Source of the DNA: Paludibacteraceae bacterium
GTDB taxonomy: Bacteria; Bacteroidota; Bacteroidia; Bacteroidales; Paludibacteraceae
Assembly: GCA_045599285.1 (NCBI GenBank)
Contig: JAZRVR010000022.1
Coordinates: 23,036-87,035, forward strand
Direction of reading: 5' to 3'
Length of the DNA stretch: 64,000 bases
Shown here: one piece after another, positions 7,870-17,961 of the stretch
Layout: each line of letters opens with the position of its first letter
Numbering within the stretch: the stretch's first letter is position 1
Translations under genes and position numbers: made by a program
The notes under the pieces: model-generated
Databases searched by the model: none
What the model was told of the DNA's origin: nothing
Seen by the model: only the letters and a program-made list of their open reading frames with translations

Positions 7870-8514
7870 CTATGCTTTCATCAGACGGATTGCCTCTTGG
7901 GGATTGGGGGCTCCAAAGACAGCGCTGCCTGCCACCAGCGCATTCGCGCCCTCGGCAAAGAGCATGGCAGCATTCGTCGTAGTGACACCTCCGTCTATCT
8001 CAATCAGGGTGTCTAATCCTCGGCGGTCAATCTCGGCGCGCAGGTAGCGCAACTTATCTATTGTCTCTGGAATGAATTTTTGTCCGCCAAAGCCCGCGAA
8101 GACCGACATCAGCAGCACCATATCTACCTGATCCAGGTATGGGTTCAGACGATGCACATCTATATCGGGATTGATGGTTAGACATGTCCTGACTCCTTTG
8201 TTGCGAATGAGTTGCAGTATGGGCATAGGATCCTCTACTGCCTCCAGGTGAAAGCCCACACTCCAGGCACCTGCGTCGCAAAAGCGCTCAACGTATTTCT
8301 CGGGATGTACAATCATCAGATGCACATCCAGTGGCTTGGTGGAGTACTGATGCATGGGTTTCATGAGGGGAAAACCAAAGGAGATGTTGGGCACAAACAC
8401 GCCATCCATGACATCTACGTGCAGCCAATCTGCATCAGAGGCATTGATCATTTCGATATCATGTTGCAGGTTCCCAAAGTCTGCTGATAGTACCGAAGGG
8501 GCAATAATTTTCAT
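7870..8514 (-). CDS. rpe: ribulose-phosphate 3-epimerase
   Basis: 214 aa: PSVLSADFGNL..., HVDVMDGVFVPN, EIDGGV. Confidence 0.9.
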   Translation of the reverse strand: MKIIAPSVLSADFGNLQHDIEMINASDADWLHVDVMDGVFVPNISFGFPLMKPMHQYSTKPLDVHLMIVHPEKYVERFCDAGAWSVGFHLEAVEDPMPILQLIRNKGVRTCLTINPDIDVHRLNPYLDQVDMVLLMSVFAGFGGQKFIPETIDKLRYLRAEIDRRGLDTLIEIDGGVTTTNAAMLFAEGANALVAGSAVFGAPNPQEAIRLMKA

Positions 8515-10370
8515 ATCTTTCGTCGTTGATGTTTTCTAATATGATTGAGATAGGTGGTCTTGATCCAGTTCACGGCATTCCAGCTGCTGCTGGGTTGCGC
8601 TCCCTCCATCAGTATAGATTCAATGGCAGGGTTGGAAATTCCCTGTTCCGGATACATGAGCAGGTAGTTCTGATTGCTAAAGAACCGAGTCAGCAGGTTC
8701 GGCAGTTCTTCAAATAGCGTGTTGTAACTGGCGGTCGATCGTCGAGCCGAGATAATCACCAGCATGTCGTTGGGCATAATCTCCTTGGCGATGGATAGTA
8801 CATCCTCCCAGTCTGCTAATTCTCTATATCCGGCAGGCAGATACTTGCCCGGACGGTTGCATAGTTTGCGCAGTACGATTTGCGTCTCGTCGCAGGCATA
8901 GAAGATGGTGCGAGCACCTATCTGACTGCTCAGGCGGCGCAGTTGACCAAAGCAACTGATGAAGTCACGCTCTTTCTCCGCGTACCTGGGGATTGCCACC
9001 AGCAATCGACTGATGGTATTCAGCGGCTGCACCTCGTGATAGATAGCTATAGATGTGGCCGTTTGCTCTGTTGTTTTGCGAGCCTCTTGCCAGTCTGTGC
9101 ATTGGCGAATCTCGGTCTCCGTCAGTTGAGATAGTGTGCTGAGTTCGTGAATCGCATCGTGCAGTTCCTCACCCACCGACATCATCAACCAGTGGTCGTG
9201 TGTGCGCTCACTCTCTAGGTGCGCTTCCTCCTGTAGGGCTAATTGTTTGGCTGCATACTCGGTGATGAACCCTGATAAGGTGCAGAGTATCAGAATCATA
9301 ATCACTGCTCCATTTAGTATCTCAATACCAAAGATGCCCATTTGATATCCGATAGTTACCACTGCCAATGTGCCTGCTGCGGTGGCATGAGTCAGGCCAA
9401 AGATCAGTTGCCGCTCCAGACTTGACAGGCGAAATATCTGCTGCGTGGCAAAGGCGGCTAACCACTTACTCAGCAGTTTGGTCAGAATCATTACGCTGGC
9501 TACCAAATAGATATGCGGACTGTCAACCAATACATGCACATCGATGATGGTGCCCACTCCCAGTAGAAACATGGGTACGAAGATGGTGTTTCCCGTGAAG
9601 TTGATGCGTCGCATTACTGGCGACAGGTTCGGTATCAGTCGATTGAGCACCACGCCGCACATGAAGGCACCCAATATGGCATCTAATCCGGCTATCTCAG
9701 CCAGCAGAGAAGATGTCACCAGCAGAAACATCACCATCACAAAGCACTCTGCTGGATCCACTCGGTGCTTGAAGAACCATTGTGCAAAACGAGGTATTGC
9801 CACTACTGTGATGACGATGAATAAAATCAGTTTAACAGCATTAAGTAGCAGATTGCCATCCATTTCCGATAGCGAATGCTCCACACTGGCAAGCACTAAT
9901 AGCGAGAGGGTGATGGCCAGCATCGTTCCTCCCACCGTGATATTCACGGCGGCGTTTTTCTGGATGCCGTAGCGGCTGACAATAGGGTAGGTCATCAGCG
10001 TGTGGCTACCATACATCGCGCCCAGCAGCAGGCTGGTTGCCCACCCAAAACCCAACAAGCGACTGGTTAGTAGACCCAGCAGCATCGGGAAGATAAAGGT
10101 CAATAGACCAAACACGAAGGCCTTGGAGCGATATTGCTGAAAATCATTCAGATCGATCTCTACACCAGCTTGAAACATGATGTATAGTAATCCCAATTGT
10201 CCTAACATTTGGATAGTCTCACCACCTTGAATCCACCCTACACAATTCGGCCCCAGTAGCATACCTGCCAGGATGAAACCCACCAAACTCGGCACATGAA
10301 TCTTGTGGCAGAGCATGGGCGTAAGTAGAATGATGGTCAGAACCAATGTTAGTTTTATGAGTGTCATCAT
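8511..10370 (-). CDS. cation:proton antiporter (CPA2/Kef-like) with a ~200-aa C-terminal soluble domain
   Basis: 619 aa with about 12 TM helices in the N-terminal 390 aa, then a hydrophilic tail. ATGA start/stop overlaps occur at both ends (10367-10370 and 8511-8514). Confidence 0.75.
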   Translation of the reverse strand: MMTLIKLTLVLTIILLTPMLCHKIHVPSLVGFILAGMLLGPNCVGWIQGGETIQMLGQLGLLYIMFQAGVEIDLNDFQQYRSKAFVFGLLTFIFPMLLGLLTSRLLGFGWATSLLLGAMYGSHTLMTYPIVSRYGIQKNAAVNITVGGTMLAITLSLLVLASVEHSLSEMDGNLLLNAVKLILFIVITVVAIPRFAQWFFKHRVDPAECFVMVMFLLVTSSLLAEIAGLDAILGAFMCGVVLNRLIPNLSPVMRRINFTGNTIFVPMFLLGVGTIIDVHVLVDSPHIYLVASVMILTKLLSKWLAAFATQQIFRLSSLERQLIFGLTHATAAGTLAVVTIGYQMGIFGIEILNGAVIMILILCTLSGFITEYAAKQLALQEEAHLESERTHDHWLMMSVGEELHDAIHELSTLSQLTETEIRQCTDWQEARKTTEQTATSIAIYHEVQPLNTISRLLVAIPRYAEKERDFISCFGQLRRLSSQIGARTIFYACDETQIVLRKLCNRPGKYLPAGYRELADWEDVLSIAKEIMPNDMLVIISARRSTASYNTLFEELPNLLTRFFSNQNYLLMYPEQGISNPAIESILMEGAQPSSSWNAVNWIKTTYLNHIRKHQRRKI

Positions 10371-12988
10371 AGGAATCGACCTGTTATGCTATTAGGATTA
10401 TTTCGTATATCATCCACCGTACCTGTGGCTACGATTTGTCCACCTCCGCGTCCTCCTTCTGGTCCTAAGTCGATGATATAGTCGCAGTTACGGATAACAT
10501 CTGTGTTGTGCTCAATGATGATGACCGTGTTACCCTTATCCACCAGTTGGCGCAGGACAGACATCAGCACACGTATGTCCTCAAAGTGCAATCCCGTAGT
10601 TGGCTCATCCAGCAGATATAGGGTCTTACCTGTGCTGGGACGAGCCAATTCGGTTGCCAACTTGATGCGTTGACTCTCGCCACCGGAGAGGGTTGTGCTG
10701 GACTGGCCCAACTTGATATAACCCAGACCCACATCTTGTATGGTCTTGATTTTCTTTAATATAGTAGGTTGACTATCAAAGAATTCAACCGCCTGATTGA
10801 TAGTCATATCCAGCACGTCGTATATCGTTTTGCCCTTAAATCGCACCTCCAGCGTCTGCCGATTATAGCGCTGACCGCCGCAGACTTCGCAAGGCACATA
10901 TACGTCGGGCATAAAGTGCATTTGTATGGTTTTGTAGCCGTTACCTGCACATTCTTCGCAGCGTCCACCTTTAGCGTTGAAACTGAATCTTCCGCTTTTC
11001 CAACCGCGTATTTTCGATTCGGGCAGTTGCGCAAAGAGTTCTCGTATATCGGTAAAGACGTTGCAATAGGTGGCGGGGTTAGAGCGTGGACTGCGACCGA
11101 TTGGCGCTTGGTTGACGGCTATAACCTTGTCTATGTTTTCTATCCCCTCTATCGTGTCGTAGGGCAATGGCTTCTTAAGTGAGCGATAGAATTTCTGGCA
11201 CAGGATGGGGTAGAGGGTTTGATTGATGAGGGTGGATTTGCCTCCACCGGACACACCGGTCACGCAGAGCATTTTGCGTAGGGGGAAAGTGGCGGTAACG
11301 TTCTTCAAATTATTACCCTTGCAACCCTTGATGGTCAGCTTCGGTGTATCTGATTCTGTGTCAGCGTGTTGTGCCGATATGTCGTTCTTGCGAGTACCAT
11401 TCAGGTATTGTGCCGTCAGGGTGTCGGCAGCGAGCAGTTCGGCTGGTGTGCCCTGAAAGGTTATTTCTCCTCCCAGTCGTCCGGCACGTGGTCCTACATC
11501 TACGATGTAGTCTGCCTCTCGCATCATCTGCTCGTCGTGCTCCACCACAATCACGCTATTGCCGATGTCGCGCAGTTCTTTCAGACTGCCGATGAGCCGC
11601 TCGTTATCGCGCTGGTGAAGACCAATGCTGGGCTCGTCCAGTATGTACAGTACGTTGACCAATCGCGATCCTATTTGGGTTGCGAGTCGGATGCGCTGGC
11701 TTTCTCCACCGGATAGGCTATCCGAAGGGCGATTCAGACTCAGGTAACTCAGACCTACTGATAGCATGAAGCGCAGTCGGGAACATATCTCCTTCAGTAT
11801 AGGCTCTGCTACAGTCTGTTGTTTGGTACTTAGGTGCTGACTGCTGGTGAGGAATCTCAGTAGTTCCTCAATGTCCATTTCCGCAAGTTCGGCGATGTTC
11901 TTGTCCGCAAAGCGATAACTCAGAGACTCCTTGCTTAGTCTTTTTCCCTCACAATCAGGACATACCACCACCTCGTCTTCGTCTTCTGTCTCATCGTCTT
12001 CTGGCTGGTTCACACTCTCTGTCAGCCGCTTCCACCAGTCTTCGCTATTTAGAATCTCCTGCATCGCATCTGGGTCAGAATCGGTGTTGACTCTGACTTT
12101 TCCTAATCCTTTGCAGGTTGGGCACCAACCCTGCGGACTATTGAAGGAGAAGGTGTGTGGAGCCGGTTCTGGGTATGCCAAACCTGTGCTGGGGCACATC
12201 AGGTTGCGCGAGAAATAGCGCGGCACGCTTGTCGCCCCATCTTCCGTACTGATGACTATCAGGATTCCGTTGCCTTGCACCATCGCTTTGTCGATTGACT
12301 GGCGCAGACGCTTGCTATCTTCTTCGTTTTCAGTTGATTCGGTTGGGGGTTTGAGTCGATCTATGACGACTTCGATGGTGTGATTCTGGTAGCGATCTAC
12401 CTTCATTCCCGGCACAAGGTCCAGTATCTCTCCATCCACACGCACATATAGATAGCCTTTTTTGCGGATGGTCTCAAATAGCTCTTTGTAGTGACCTTTT
12501 CGGTTGTTGATTAGCGGAGCAAGCAGTAGTATCTTCTGCCCCGCGTACTCTTGTTGAATGAGTTGAGCTATCTGATCGTCGGTGTATTTCACCATCTTTT
12601 CTCCGCTCTTCCAGGAGTACGCATCTGCGGCACGTGCATACAGTAGGCGCAGATAATCATACACTTCGGTGATGGTTCCTACTGTCGAGCGAGGATTCTT
12701 GCTGGTTGTTTTCTGGTCTATGCTGATTACGGGACTCAATCCCGTTATCTTATCCACATCCGGGCGTTGCATAGTACCAATATAACCACGAGAATAACTC
12801 GAGAACGTATCTATATATCGGCGTTGACCCTCGGCAAAGATGGTGTCAAAGGCCAGGCTGGACTTGCCACTACCGGATAGACCGGTGATGACTGTCAGTT
12901 GGTTACGCGGGATGCGCACGTTTATATTCTTTAGATTATGTACGCGCGCGCCCACTACCTCTATATATTGTTCTGCGTTATGACTCAT
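10367..12988 (-). CDS. uvrA: UvrA-family ABC ATPase, shortened paralogue (873 aa)
   Basis: N-terminus IEVVGARVHNLKNINVRIPRNQLTVITGLSGSGKSSLAFDTIFAEGQRRY. There are two complete ABC sets: GLSGSGKSS / LSGGESQRIRLA / ILDEPSIGLH and GVSGGGKST / LSGGESQRIKLA / LLDEPTTGLH. Zinc motifs CPTCKGLG, CPDCEGKRL, CEEC and CEVC are present. Confidence 0.85.
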   Translation of the reverse strand: MSHNAEQYIEVVGARVHNLKNINVRIPRNQLTVITGLSGSGKSSLAFDTIFAEGQRRYIDTFSSYSRGYIGTMQRPDVDKITGLSPVISIDQKTTSKNPRSTVGTITEVYDYLRLLYARAADAYSWKSGEKMVKYTDDQIAQLIQQEYAGQKILLLAPLINNRKGHYKELFETIRKKGYLYVRVDGEILDLVPGMKVDRYQNHTIEVVIDRLKPPTESTENEEDSKRLRQSIDKAMVQGNGILIVISTEDGATSVPRYFSRNLMCPSTGLAYPEPAPHTFSFNSPQGWCPTCKGLGKVRVNTDSDPDAMQEILNSEDWWKRLTESVNQPEDDETEDEDEVVVCPDCEGKRLSKESLSYRFADKNIAELAEMDIEELLRFLTSSQHLSTKQQTVAEPILKEICSRLRFMLSVGLSYLSLNRPSDSLSGGESQRIRLATQIGSRLVNVLYILDEPSIGLHQRDNERLIGSLKELRDIGNSVIVVEHDEQMMREADYIVDVGPRAGRLGGEITFQGTPAELLAADTLTAQYLNGTRKNDISAQHADTESDTPKLTIKGCKGNNLKNVTATFPLRKMLCVTGVSGGGKSTLINQTLYPILCQKFYRSLKKPLPYDTIEGIENIDKVIAVNQAPIGRSPRSNPATYCNVFTDIRELFAQLPESKIRGWKSGRFSFNAKGGRCEECAGNGYKTIQMHFMPDVYVPCEVCGGQRYNRQTLEVRFKGKTIYDVLDMTINQAVEFFDSQPTILKKIKTIQDVGLGYIKLGQSSTTLSGGESQRIKLATELARPSTGKTLYLLDEPTTGLHFEDIRVLMSVLRQLVDKGNTVIIIEHNTDVIRNCDYIIDLGPEGGRGGGQIVATGTVDDIRNNPNSITGRFL

Positions 12989-12999
12989 GGTGTTTGATG

Positions 13000-13037
13000 T
13001 AAAAAAATGCCGGGCGCATGTCCCGGCATTTTTTTCT
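13000..13037 (-). terminator. rho-independent terminator after the OmpA-family gene (symmetrical A7/T7 flanks)
   Basis: AAAAAAATGCCGGG-CGCATGT-CCCGGCATTTTTTT forms an 8-bp GC-rich stem between the ompA-family stop (13066) and the uvrA-paralogue start (12988). Confidence 0.8.
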
Positions 13038-13065
13038 TCCTGTATAGATGTTCCTGTACCGGAGA

Positions 13066-14268
13066 TTAGCGAATCTCTACATCTACGCGGCGGTTCTGTG
13101 CACGACCCTCAGCAGTTGCGTTGTCTGCGATTGGCTGGGTCTGACCCTTACTACCTGTGAAGATACGATCAGCAGGTACGCTGCGTTGAATCAGAGCGGC
13201 GCGATAAGCCTCAGCACGACGTTGACCCAGTTGCAGGTTCTGCTCAGCTACACCGGTGTTATCGGTGTGACCAATCAGATATACGTTCTTGGTCTCGTCA
13301 TCAGCCAGTTGCTGCTTGATCTCCTTGATCTTGTCCTTCATCTCCTCGTCCATAGCGAAATCTGCGCTACCGGTACCGAACTTAGCTACCTTCTCGATTA
13401 CGTTGGCAGCCTCTGTTGCAGCAGCCTTTGCAGGAGCAGCAGCCTTTGCAGGAGCAGCTTGTGCTGGTGCAGGAGCAGCCTCTTGGTTTGCAGCTGCAGC
13501 CTTAGCGTCAGCAGCCTCCTTAGCCAGTTGCTCGTTAGCCTTCTTCAACTCATCATTTGCCTTCTTCAGGTCGTCGTTAGCCTCTTGCAGAGCCGACAGA
13601 TCGCTACTGTTGTCGATGCATGGCTCCTGCTTGCTCCAGGTTGCCTTGTTGAACTTATATACGAAACCGAACTTGAGATCCAGCAGAGGAGCGATACCAC
13701 CCTTAGGATTGGTGGTTGCTATCTCGGTAGCCTTAACCAGACTTCCGCGCAGATCCAAATTGAGTGCCCAGTTCTCGTTGATGCAGAATTGGTTCAAGAG
13801 ACCTACACCACCTGCGAATTGCTTACCTTGCTTGTTGAACATTACACCGGTGTGTAAGTATGGGATAGCGTGATACATACGATCAGCCTTGTAACCACCG
13901 AATTGGTTGGTCCAGTCCCAATAGATGTTTGCGTGTGGGTAGAAGGTCAGGAATGTCTTGTCAACCTCCTTGTTGGTCAGACCCATAATGTCCAAACCGA
14001 GACCCAGTCCCCAGTTAGGAGTGATCCATTTACCGAAGCTAACATCACCTACAGCGTGGATGTTTACCTTCGGACCTTTCTTGCCGAGAATGCCATCTGC
14101 GTTCCAAATTGCACCTGCATTAACGGTGAGGAACCAGTTGTCTCCGAAACCGTTGTTTACGATTCCTGCCTCTTTCGAGACTTTCTTTGCCTTGGGCTGC
14201 TCAGCCTCTTGAGCTTGAACAGACAGGGCTGCTACTGCTAGCAGTAGAATGAGCGAAATCTTCTTCAT
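13066..14268 (-). CDS. OmpA-family outer-membrane protein (beta-barrel, coiled-coil/Ala-Pro linker, OmpA C-terminal domain)
   Basis: Signal peptide MKKISLILLLAVAALSVQA; linker AAPAPAQAAPAKAAAPAKAAA; C-terminal OmpA block YLIGHTDNTGVAEQNLQLGQRRAEA...RAQNRRVDVEI. Confidence 0.85.
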   Translation of the reverse strand: MKKISLILLLAVAALSVQAQEAEQPKAKKVSKEAGIVNNGFGDNWFLTVNAGAIWNADGILGKKGPKVNIHAVGDVSFGKWITPNWGLGLGLDIMGLTNKEVDKTFLTFYPHANIYWDWTNQFGGYKADRMYHAIPYLHTGVMFNKQGKQFAGGVGLLNQFCINENWALNLDLRGSLVKATEIATTNPKGGIAPLLDLKFGFVYKFNKATWSKQEPCIDNSSDLSALQEANDDLKKANDELKKANEQLAKEAADAKAAAANQEAAPAPAQAAPAKAAAPAKAAATEAANVIEKVAKFGTGSADFAMDEEMKDKIKEIKQQLADDETKNVYLIGHTDNTGVAEQNLQLGQRRAEAYRAALIQRSVPADRIFTGSKGQTQPIADNATAEGRAQNRRVDVEIR

Positions 14269-14330
14269 TGTTTTTTGTTTTGGTTATAGTGTTAATACTC
14301 TGTTTGTTGTCCTTTGACGGAATTTTCGTG

Positions 14331-14362
14331 CAAAGGTACGCAAAAAAAATGACATACGCAAA
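14331..14362 (-). promoter_or_regulatory. sigma-A type promoter for the OmpA-family gene
   Basis: Minus strand reads TTTG-CGTATGTCATTTTTTTTGCG-TACCTTTG with a 20-nt spacer. Confidence 0.6.
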
Positions 14363-14428
14363 TTTATTTTATAAAAAAGTATAATTTTGTAAAGAGCATT
14401 TTGCATTTTGGTCATTAAAGTCCCTTTT

Positions 14429-14460
14429 CTTGGATTTCTCGAAAAAATACACTACCTTTG
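14429..14460 (+). promoter_or_regulatory. sigma-A type promoter for the ABC-F gene
   Basis: CTTG-GATTTCTCGAAAAAATACAC-TACCTTTG with a 20-nt spacer; the ATG is 22 nt after the -7 box. Confidence 0.55.
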
Positions 14461-14475
14461 TGCTCAAATTGGTAA

Positions 14476-16137
<1,662 letters not shown>

Positions 16138-16149
16138 CTGCTTCCCCTT

Positions 16150-16192
16150 GGTTCCTCGTCACTTTTCGTGAAGAGGAACCTCTTGTTTTTCT
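16150..16192 (+). terminator. rho-independent terminator of the ABC-F gene
   Basis: GGTTCCTCGTCAC-TTTT-CGTGAAGAGGAACC forms a long stem followed by TCTTGTTTTTCTG. Confidence 0.7.
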
Positions 16193-16213
16193 GTGTTTTA
16201 CGCATCTCCCACC

Positions 16214-16301
16214 ATAGGATGACCATAGGATGACCATAGGATGACCATAGGATGACCATAGGATGACCATAGGATGACCATAGGATGACCGTAGGATGAC
16301 C
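16214..16301. repeat. 11-bp tandem array ATAGGATGACC x8 (seven perfect copies; the last is GTAGGATGACC)
   Basis: Read directly from the sequence. It is intergenic, 124 bp upstream of the purA promoter -33 element. Confidence 0.95.
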
Positions 16302-16424
16302 GGTATTCTCCGCTCCCTTGCCACGCACCACTCCCTTCGCCTGCCGCTTTGTCGAAAATGTGCACAACTCTTTCCCCTCCAATTGCCCACAATACTTGCC
16401 AAAATAAAAAAAAGAACGATTTTA

Positions 16425-16456
16425 TTTGCGTATGTCAAAAAAATGTCGTACCTTTG
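16425..16456 (+). promoter_or_regulatory. sigma-A type promoter of the purA leader
   Basis: TTTG-CGTATGTCAAAAAAATGTCG-TACCTTTG with a 20-nt spacer. The first 22 nt are identical to the promoter at 27901. Confidence 0.6.
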
Positions 16457-16476
16457 TGCTGGTTTTAGAAAATCAC

Positions 16477-16569
16477 ATGGATAGTATCATGCAAGTATCA
16501 CTTATGCAGCATTTCGCCATTTCTTTGAGCAAAAGATGTGGGGTGAAGAAATATCCTTTATACGTATAG
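16477..16569 (+). CDS. candidate leader peptide (30 codons) in the purA 5' leader
   Basis: This is the first AUG, 21 nt after the -7 box, the same distance as for real genes in this window. It encodes MDSIMQVSLMQHFAISLSKRCGVKKYPLYV. The TAG stop (16567-16569) lies inside the 5' arm of the hairpin at 16560-16591. It has no similarity I recognise. Confidence 0.35.
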   Translation: MDSIMQVSLMQHFAISLSKRCGVKKYPLYV

Positions 16570-16598
16570 CAGCTTCGGCAGTTGTACGTATTTTTTTT
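16560..16598 (+). terminator. intrinsic-terminator-like hairpin (candidate attenuator) 23 nt upstream of the purA ATG
   Basis: ATACGTATAGCAGC-UUCG-GCAGTTGTACGTAT forms 13 bp with one A.A mismatch and a UUCG tetraloop, followed by a T-run ending at 16598. Confidence 0.55.
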
Positions 16599-16620
16599 GA
16601 TTTTAATCTATACAAAATAT

Positions 16621-17922
16621 ATGAAAAAGCAAACAGTTGATGTGATCTTGGGTCTGCAATGGGGCGACGAAGGTAAAGGTAAAGTCGTAGATGTTCTCAC
16701 ACCTAATTACGACGTGGTCGCTCGCTTTCAGGGTGGTCCTAATGCCGGACACACGTTGGAGTTTAATGGCGAAAAATATGTCCTGCGCAGCATCCCGTCC
16801 GGTATTTTCCAGGGGGGAAAGGTGAATGTGATTGGTAATGGTGTGGTGCTGGATCCACTCCTTTTCATGAAAGAGGCAATGGAGCTGGCGCAATCTGGTC
16901 ACGACCTGACCAGACGTCTCTTGATTTCCAAGAAAGCACATCTCATTCTCCCTACCCATCGCCTGTTGGACAAGGCTAACGAGGCAGCGAAGGGAAAGGC
17001 CAAGATTGGCACCACGGGAAAGGGTATTGGACCTACCTACACAGACAAAATCAGCCGCAACGGACTGCGTGTAGGAGATATTTTGACCAATTTCGCTGAC
17101 AAGTATGATGCGGCTAAGCAGCGTCACATCGAGATGATTGATAGTCTCAACGCCATCGCTCTTGCTAAGGGCGGCGAGGCAGTCTCGTACGATGGTTTGG
17201 ATCAGTTGGAGGCAGAGTGGATGCAAGGTGTAGAGTACCTGCGTCAGTTTACTTTTGTGGATTCTGAGCATGTGATCAATTCCTATCTGCGCGAGGGCAA
17301 ATCAGTTCTCTGCGAGGGTGCACAAGGCAGTCTCCTGGATGTTGATTTTGGTTCGTATCCGTTTGTTACTTCCAGCAATACCGTATGCGCGGGCGCATGC
17401 TCGGGCTTGGGCGTTGCACCTAATAAAATAGGTGAGGTCTTCGGTATCTTCAAGGCATATTGCACCCGCGTTGGCTCCGGTCCTTTCCCAACCGAACTGT
17501 TTGACGAGACCGGTGCTAAGATTCGTGCTATTGGTCACGAGTATGGTGCCGTTACAGGACGTGAACGCCGTTGTGGATGGATTGATTTGGTGGCACTCCG
17601 ATACACGATTATGCTCAATGGTGTCACCCAACTGATCATGATGAAGAGCGATGTCCTTGATTCGTTTGAGACAATCAAGGCATGTACGGCATATCGTGTG
17701 AATGGTGAACTGACACGTGATTTCCCGTTCTCTATTGATGAGGGAGTAGAACCTGTGTATGAGGAGATTAAGGGGTGGAATACCGACCTGACCAGCTGCC
17801 GCAGCGAGGCTGATTTCCCTGCCGAGTTCCGTGCGTACATTGAGTTCTTGGAGCGTGAATTGGAGACTCCCATCCGAATCGTTTCCGTAGGACCGGATCG
17901 TGACGCTACCATCCTTCGTTAA
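16621..17922 (+). CDS. purA: adenylosuccinate synthase
   Basis: MKKQTVDVILGLQWGDEGKGKVVD..., GPNAGHT, GTTGKGIGP. I chose the start at ATG 16621 rather than the TTG at 16582, which lies inside the terminator hairpin. Confidence 0.92.
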   Translation: MKKQTVDVILGLQWGDEGKGKVVDVLTPNYDVVARFQGGPNAGHTLEFNGEKYVLRSIPSGIFQGGKVNVIGNGVVLDPLLFMKEAMELAQSGHDLTRRLLISKKAHLILPTHRLLDKANEAAKGKAKIGTTGKGIGPTYTDKISRNGLRVGDILTNFADKYDAAKQRHIEMIDSLNAIALAKGGEAVSYDGLDQLEAEWMQGVEYLRQFTFVDSEHVINSYLREGKSVLCEGAQGSLLDVDFGSYPFVTSSNTVCAGACSGLGVAPNKIGEVFGIFKAYCTRVGSGPFPTELFDETGAKIRAIGHEYGAVTGRERRCGWIDLVALRYTIMLNGVTQLIMMKSDVLDSFETIKACTAYRVNGELTRDFPFSIDEGVEPVYEEIKGWNTDLTSCRSEADFPAEFRAYIEFLERELETPIRIVSVGPDRDATILR

Positions 17923-17961
17923 TGATTGTCTTAGTTAGATTTTGTTTTTATTAGATAGATT

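Noticed and set aside
13048-13873. Plus-strand ORFs of 269 aa and 194 aa lie opposite the OmpA-family gene.
   Set aside because: They are antisense to a gene with a clear signal peptide and OmpA C-terminal domain. Their sequences are Leu/Ser/Cys or Ala/Ser runs generated by the reverse complement of the Ala/Lys-rich linker.
16214-16301. Could the 8-copy array be a CRISPR array or a minisatellite of a mobile element?
   Set aside because: The units are contiguous with no spacers, the period of 11 bp is far below CRISPR repeat size, there are no cas genes in the window, and there are no terminal inverted repeats or transposase.
16582-16620. Upstream alternative starts are offered by the ORF track: TTG 16582 for purA, 38464 for the LbH protein, 56942 for the prenyl synthase, 19745 for carA, 27825 for GH2, 44765 for the small Cys/His protein, 48137 for gldD, 48696 for the PcrB-like gene and 34208 for the second C10.
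   Set aside because: Each extension overlaps an upstream gene, a terminator hairpin or the gene's own promoter boxes, and encodes atypical sequence. In-frame ATGs further downstream give N-termini that match family expectations (signal peptides or conserved first motifs).
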